From Myxococcota bacterium (lineage in GTDB: Bacteria; Myxococcota_A; UBA9160; UBA6930): a stretch of DNA of 64,000 nt. The translations under genes and the position numbers were made by a program. Under the pieces are notes generated by a model. It did no database searches. It had not been told where the DNA came from and worked only from the letters and a program-made list of their open reading frames with translations. Positions within the stretch are counted from its first letter, which is position 1, and each line of letters begins with the position of its first letter. The stretch spans positions 4,320,001-4,384,000 of the forward strand of contig OZ245015.1 in the NCBI GenBank assembly GCA_965223705.1. Direction: 5' to 3'. Below are positions 59,137 through 64,000 of this stretch, piece by piece.

Positions 59137-60972
59137 ATGTTCCTTCGAGCGCGCGGTTTGGCAATCTTGATTGCGGTGCCGTTGTTCGCTGCGACCTCGA
59201 TCACCGGGGCAGGTGCCGCGGAGGCACCGCCGATCCGCAATGTCCGAGAGATCATCTGGCGCGGGGCCGAAGCAGTACCCGTCGGTGAGCTCGAAGAAGC
59301 GATCTTGACGACCCGAGCGAGCCGCCTTCCGTGGGTGGAATCGCGCCCTTTCGAAGAGGACGTCCTCGACGGGGACGTCCATCGTCTCCGGAGCCACTAC
59401 CGTCAGCAGGGATTCTACGAGGCCGAGATCGGCGCCACCGTGGAAGCGGTGGGAAAAAGCCGGGTTCGCGTCGTCTTCGACATCGAGGAAGGTGAACCCG
59501 TCAACCTCACAACCTTTGATTTCTCCGTCTCCGAAGTGATTCCGGAGTTGTCCGAAACCTCCCTGCGAGAAGGGCTAGCCCTCAAGGTCGGCGAGATCTT
59601 CAGCGTCGCGCGCTACCGCAAGAGCCGAGATCGCATTCTCAACCGGCTGGCCGACGTGGGATATCCGGCTGCGCGCGTTCAGGGCGGGGCGGATGTCACG
59701 CTCGAAAACCGCGAAGCCGTGGTGCGTTGGTTGGTGCACCCGGGGCGCCGGGTCCATCTCGGCGATTTTTCTGTCGAGGGACTCGAGCGAGTCGAACGCG
59801 AGCTCCTCCTGCGGGAGTTGCCACTCCGAGAGGGCGAGCTCTATTCGCGTAAGCGGATCCGAGACGCCCAGCGCGCCTTGTACGACCTCGGTCTGTTCGC
59901 CTCCGTAGCGATCGAAGCGCGGAGCCCCGGGAAAGGCGGGACGAACAACGCTTCGTGGCCGGTCGAGATACGCGTCAAGGAGCGCGAACCGCGCTCCATC
60001 CGTTTCGGCTTGGGCTACGGAACCGACGATCGCCTCCGCGCGCGCGGGGAGTGGCAACATCGAAACTTCCTCGGCGGCCGTCGCTCTCTTGCGCTCGAGG
60101 GAAAGGTCTCGTCTCTCATCCAAGGCTTCGAAGCCACCTTCGTCCAACCCCGCTTCATCGATTGGGACACGGACCTGACCCTCGATCTCCAGTTCGCCCA
60201 AGAGACGACGCCGGCCTTCGACAGCGAGGGGGTTGCCCTGGGCTGGTCGGTCGAGCGGCCGATTTTCGAGAAAGTGACTGTCCGCGGCGGCCAGCGTTTC
60301 GAGCTTCAGAAGGTGACGGAAATCGAAGCTGACGATCCACTCGTCTCCGGCGATGAGGACGAGTCGTTTCGTTTGAGCGTGCTGCAGTTCGGTTTGCGCC
60401 GGGTAGACGTCGATTCCGTGGTCGATCCTCGTCGGGGCACCTGGCTCGACCTCACGCTCGAGCCGTCGCTCAAAGCTTTGGGCTCGGAAGTCGACTACGT
60501 GCGGTCCGTCCTGGACGTTCGGGGTTACACGCCCGTCGGCCCCATGGTCCTGGCAGCCCGCATGCGGCTCGGCGCCCTCGAACCGCTGCGCGACGACGGC
60601 GCTGGCGCGGTCCCCGTCTTCAAGCGCTTTTTCTCCGGCGGCAGTGCGTCCGTGCGTGGCTTCGATCTAGACCGTCTCGGCCCCCTCGACGACAACGAAG
60701 ATCCTATCGGCGGTCTGACCGTCGCAGAGGTCGGGGTTGAGCTGCGTTTCCCTCTGTGGAAACAACTCGGCGGTGTGTTGTTCACCGACGCCGGCCAAGT
60801 GAACCGTCGCTCCTTCCACCTGGGCGGTAGCGAGTTCTTCTACTCGACGGGTGTCGGCTTCCGCTACGCGACGCCGATCGGTCCTCTCCGCGTCGACCTC
60901 GCCCAGATCCTCAACCCGCCCTCGGGTATCCAGCCCTTCCGCATCCATTTCTCGATCGGACACGCGTTTTGA
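59137..60972 (+). CDS. tamA: Omp85/TamA-type outer membrane protein
   Basis: Signal peptide, three POTRA-like domains, FFSGGSASVRGF, TPIGPLRVD, C-terminal SIGHAF. Confidence 0.9.
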   Translation: MFLRARGLAILIAVPLFAATSITGAGAAEAPPIRNVREIIWRGAEAVPVGELEEAILTTRASRLPWVESRPFEEDVLDGDVHRLRSHYRQQGFYEAEIGATVEAVGKSRVRVVFDIEEGEPVNLTTFDFSVSEVIPELSETSLREGLALKVGEIFSVARYRKSRDRILNRLADVGYPAARVQGGADVTLENREAVVRWLVHPGRRVHLGDFSVEGLERVERELLLRELPLREGELYSRKRIRDAQRALYDLGLFASVAIEARSPGKGGTNNASWPVEIRVKEREPRSIRFGLGYGTDDRLRARGEWQHRNFLGGRRSLALEGKVSSLIQGFEATFVQPRFIDWDTDLTLDLQFAQETTPAFDSEGVALGWSVERPIFEKVTVRGGQRFELQKVTEIEADDPLVSGDEDESFRLSVLQFGLRRVDVDSVVDPRRGTWLDLTLEPSLKALGSEVDYVRSVLDVRGYTPVGPMVLAARMRLGALEPLRDDGAGAVPVFKRFFSGGSASVRGFDLDRLGPLDDNEDPIGGLTVAEVGVELRFPLWKQLGGVLFTDAGQVNRRSFHLGGSEFFYSTGVGFRYATPIGPLRVDLAQILNPPSGIQPFRIHFSIGHAF

Positions 60973-63900
60973 AACGAGCGTTGCGTCTCATCGGCTGGTC
61001 GGCGCTGGGTTTGCTCTTGATCGCATCCGGCGTCCTCGGCGCCGTTGTAGGCGTCGCTCATGGCTGGCAGCGGGACCGACTGCGCGGCTTCGTCGAAGCG
61101 CGCCTGACGGATGCCCTCGGAGAACCGGTGCGGTTCGACGCGCTCGAGGGGGTGCTCTACCGAGAGATCGGCGTGACAGGACTCGAAATCGGTCCCGCCG
61201 ACGCACGTATCGCCGCCGTCTCACGCGCACGTCTTCGATGGAACGCGTCCGCTCTTCTTCAAGGCCGCGTCGAAGTGTCCGAACTGATCATCGAGGAACC
61301 CCGGGGACGACTGGGCGGCGGCGAGTCTTTCTTGGACGGAGGCGACGATGAACCGGAGGCGGGTGGGGAGCCTCCTTTCGCGTTGCACATCGAGACAGCG
61401 ACGATCCGTGGCGGGCAACTCGAGTGGGCCCCGGACGCCGACCGTCGCGTCCTGGTTCGCGGCGACTTGGCGATTCGCGATCTGTCGGTCGACGCCGATG
61501 GATTCGCCGCAACCGGAGTAGACGCCGAGGGCACTGTCGAAGATCGCGCTCGCCGCCGGGTCGCTTTTTCAGTTCGGGGCGCATGGCAGCACGACGCCTG
61601 GCGGCTCGACGAATTTCAGGCGCACGGCGCGGGCTTGGCGGCGTCGGGCCAGGGCCGAGGAGACACCCTCGTCGTGGAACAGCTTCACGTCGCGATGGAC
61701 GTGACTTCGCTCGGAGAGCTCCTCGAGCTGGCAGGCGTTTCCGCGGACGTTTCGATCGGTTCCCTCAAAACCTCTCTCAACCTCGGCGGACCTTGGTCCG
61801 CGTTGGGCGGCGCTGTCACCCTCCGCGCCGACGATATCGCCGCGGGTGGCAGGCGCTGGGAATCGTTACGCCTCGAGGCCAAGAGTTCGGGGCCCTCTCG
61901 CTTCATCTTCGACGAACTGAGCTTGCGCGGCGGTCCACTCGCGGGGACGGTCGCGCCCGGCGCGACGGCACGGTTCGACGAGACGCGCATCGCCCTCGAG
62001 GGATTCGATCTCTCGTTCGACGGCGGCGGCAAGTTGCTGCTGCGCGAGCTCGCGTTCCCGAGATCGGCCGCGACACCGGACGCTCTGATCGCGCACCCCG
62101 GCTTTGGCGGAGACCTACGCGCGGAGCGTTTGCGCCTAGAAGCTTTCGCGCAACTTCTCCCGCTGGACGGAATCGATCTCGCCGGCGTCCTGACCGCGGA
62201 TCTCCGGTTCCGAGGAAACGCGTCGGGCTTCCTCGCTGCCGGCGTCGCCGGACTCGAGGACGGAGCGTTCGCCGCGCCGACTGCCCGGGCGCAGAAGGTG
62301 TCTGCCGAGGTTCGTTTCGGCGAGGCGTTGGGCCCCCTCGCCGGGCGGCTCCGCGCGTCGCTCGGGGGCATCGAGAGCGACGGCGCACCACTCGGCGAGA
62401 TGGTGTTCGACGTCGCATTCGACGAGCGGGCCCGCTTCGAGGTATCGGACCTCCGCTGGAAGACAGACGCGATAAGCGTCGCCGCTGAACCCGGGAGCCG
62501 GTTCAATCTCACGGGAGATCATGTCGTACTCGACACCCTGACGCTGCACTCCGGAAGCCAGCGACTCGTCGCGCGGGGGCGTCTCAGCCAACAACGTTTC
62601 TCCGACCTCGTCATCGAGCTCCGCCGTCTGGATCTGCCCTGGCTGCGGGACCTGATGGCGGGTTTTGATCTTGCACTCGAGGATGAAACCCTCGCGGGAA
62701 CGCTCACGGGAAAGGTCCACCTGAACGGACCCCTCACCGACCCCTCGGTCCGCGGCGAACTTCAGGGCGATCGGGTCGTGCTCTCGGGAGTCGCTTTCGA
62801 CAGGGTCGATGCCACGGCGGTGTCCGTGGCAGAGACGGTTGAACTCGAAACCGCTTGGATGGTTGACGGGCGTCGGGCCCTGGAACTCGCCGTCCACACG
62901 TCTCGCGCCGATCTTCGTCGCGACCCTTCGAGCCTCTTGGCCTTCCCCGCGACGCGCGTTGACGTCGTCTCGAGCGAGTTCGATCTCGCTTCCGTGCAAG
63001 CCTTCGCCCCGGCTTCTGTCGAGGCGATCGGAGGTCGCCTCACGGTCGACGTCTCGTTGCGCGGAGGAGATCCCCCCACGGTCATCCGCGGCACTTTTGC
63101 GTTGGAGGACGGCTCGCTCAAGCTAGCCGGGGTCGAACAAGCGGCGGCGCCGATCGCGTTGTCGGGCACCGCCAACGTGCGTGGCATCGTTGTCGAGAAG
63201 CTCGCGATCGGACCGGAAGGTGCCCGCTTACAGGGACACCTCGGGTTGGGTTGGCCCGGCACCGAGTCCGACGCACTCTCGGGAGAGCTCCGCTTGGCGG
63301 GCTACACCTTGCGCTGGCCCGGCATCGCGAAGGGAAAGCTCGAAGGTGTCCTGTCGCTTTCGGGCCGGGTGCGGGCGCCCGTTGCAGCGGGGAACCTCGT
63401 GCTCTCGGAGGTCGCCATCCGTCTCCCGGAGACCGGCGCCGCGGAATTGAAGGAGATCCGTGTGCGGAGTGGCAGCCCGGACGACACCGCGCTGTCCTAT
63501 CGCGAGGAGGAGGAAGCGTCACCACTTGACCCGGTGGCCCTCGATCTCGACGTTGAACTCAAAGCCAACTCGTGGGTGCGCGGCCGGGGGGTCGAGGCCG
63601 AGATCAAGGGCAATGTCGATGTCAAGAAGCGACCGGGCGGGGAGTTCACCTACGCAGGCGTCCTACAGACCGTGCGGGGCACCTATGAGATCTACGGTCG
63701 CCGTTTCCAGATCCAGAAAGCGCAAGCGCGGCTCGACGGCGGGAGTGAATTGGACCCGATCTTGAACGTCCGAGCGCTGCACCGAGTTCGCGCGATGCGA
63801 ATCTTCGCTCTCCTCGAAGGTCGACTATCGGATCCCCGACTTCGCTTTGAAAGCGAGCCCAACCTGACCGAAACGGACATCGCTTCGTACTTGATCTTCG

Positions 63901-64000
63901 GCCGACCGTCGTCCGAAGCCGGCGCGCGAGATCAGGCTGTCCTGCAGAACGCCGCAGCGCAAATTGGTGCCGGGCTCGCGGGAAACGAACTCGAGCGGGT
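60969..64000 (+). CDS. tamB: Translocation/assembly module TamB (DUF490), partial
   Basis: Manual translation from TTG overlapping the tamA stop: LKRALRLIGWSALGLLLIASG...; the same frame gives the DUF490-like GTYEIYGRRF..DPILNV..SEPNLTETDIASYLIFGR near the window end; middle not read codon by codon. Confidence 0.88.
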   Translation, partial: MKRALRLIGWSALGLLLIASGVLGAVVGVAHGWQRDRLRGFVEARLTDALGEPVRFDALEGVLYREIGVTGLEIGPADARIAAVSRARLRWNASALLQGRVEVSELIIEEPRGRLGGGESFLDGGDDEPEAGGEPPFALHIETATIRGGQLEWAPDADRRVLVRGDLAIRDLSVDADGFAATGVDAEGTVEDRARRRVAFSVRGAWQHDAWRLDEFQAHGAGLAASGQGRGDTLVVEQLHVAMDVTSLGELLELAGVSADVSIGSLKTSLNLGGPWSALGGAVTLRADDIAAGGRRWESLRLEAKSSGPSRFIFDELSLRGGPLAGTVAPGATARFDETRIALEGFDLSFDGGGKLLLRELAFPRSAATPDALIAHPGFGGDLRAERLRLEAFAQLLPLDGIDLAGVLTADLRFRGNASGFLAAGVAGLEDGAFAAPTARAQKVSAEVRFGEALGPLAGRLRASLGGIESDGAPLGEMVFDVAFDERARFEVSDLRWKTDAISVAAEPGSRFNLTGDHVVLDTLTLHSGSQRLVARGRLSQQRFSDLVIELRRLDLPWLRDLMAGFDLALEDETLAGTLTGKVHLNGPLTDPSVRGELQGDRVVLSGVAFDRVDATAVSVAETVELETAWMVDGRRALELAVHTSRADLRRDPSSLLAFPATRVDVVSSEFDLASVQAFAPASVEAIGGRLTVDVSLRGGDPPTVIRGTFALEDGSLKLAGVEQAAAPIALSGTANVRGIVVEKLAIGPEGARLQGHLGLGWPGTESDALSGELRLAGYTLRWPGIAKGKLEGVLSLSGRVRAPVAAGNLVLSEVAIRLPETGAAELKEIRVRSGSPDDTALSYREEEEASPLDPVALDLDVELKANSWVRGRGVEAEIKGNVDVKKRPGGEFTYAGVLQTVRGTYEIYGRRFQIQKAQARLDGGSELDPILNVRALHRVRAMRIFALLEGRLSDPRLRFESEPNLTETDIASYLIFGRPSSEAGARDQAVLQNAAAQIGAGLAGNELER

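Noticed and set aside
1..64000. CRISPR arrays, IS/integrases, prophage, tRNA/rRNA, known defence systems
   Set aside because: No regular repeat-spacer arrays, recombinase motifs or RNA-gene signatures seen; lhr here is in its usual repair context with nei.

Overview
GC-rich bacterial chromosomal segment with no rRNA, tRNA, CRISPR, prophage or IS recognised. Gene content (PEP-CTERM proteins, DUF1329, LLM oxidoreductases, family III CoA-transferases, TamAB, a diadenylate cyclase) suggests a Gram-negative Myxococcota/Deltaproteobacteria-like organism; this is an inference. Main blocks: (1) 1-11008, a minus-strand TonB uptake locus: exbD, tonB, an unusual penicillin-binding transpeptidase fused to a duplicated TonB C-terminal domain, an M28 glutaminyl-cyclase-like lipoprotein, a TPR protein, a TonB-dependent receptor, an ElpS-like secreted protein and a partial secreted protein. 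(2) PEP-CTERM and DUF1329 genes. (3) paaABC running directly into lhr-nei. (4) DUF2868/DUF3482-GTPase pair, msrA, cfa and catabolic oxidoreductases/CoA-transferases, plus a PAS-GGDEF-EAL protein. (5) A 2OG oxygenase / hydantoinase-oxoprolinase A+B / class III aminotransferase cluster. (6) 49681-57796, the strongest candidate for an undescribed system: RimK fused to an RCK_C (TrkA-C) domain, a RimB-like protease, an M14 deacylase, an MscS-like channel, a soluble MgtE_N-CBS protein, MgtE and a diadenylate cyclase-YbbR fusion, with a divergent CNNM gene. (7) A sigma54-type promoter ahead of LapA-like and YbjN-like genes, then tamA and a partial tamB. All family calls come from motif recognition by eye; no database search was run.
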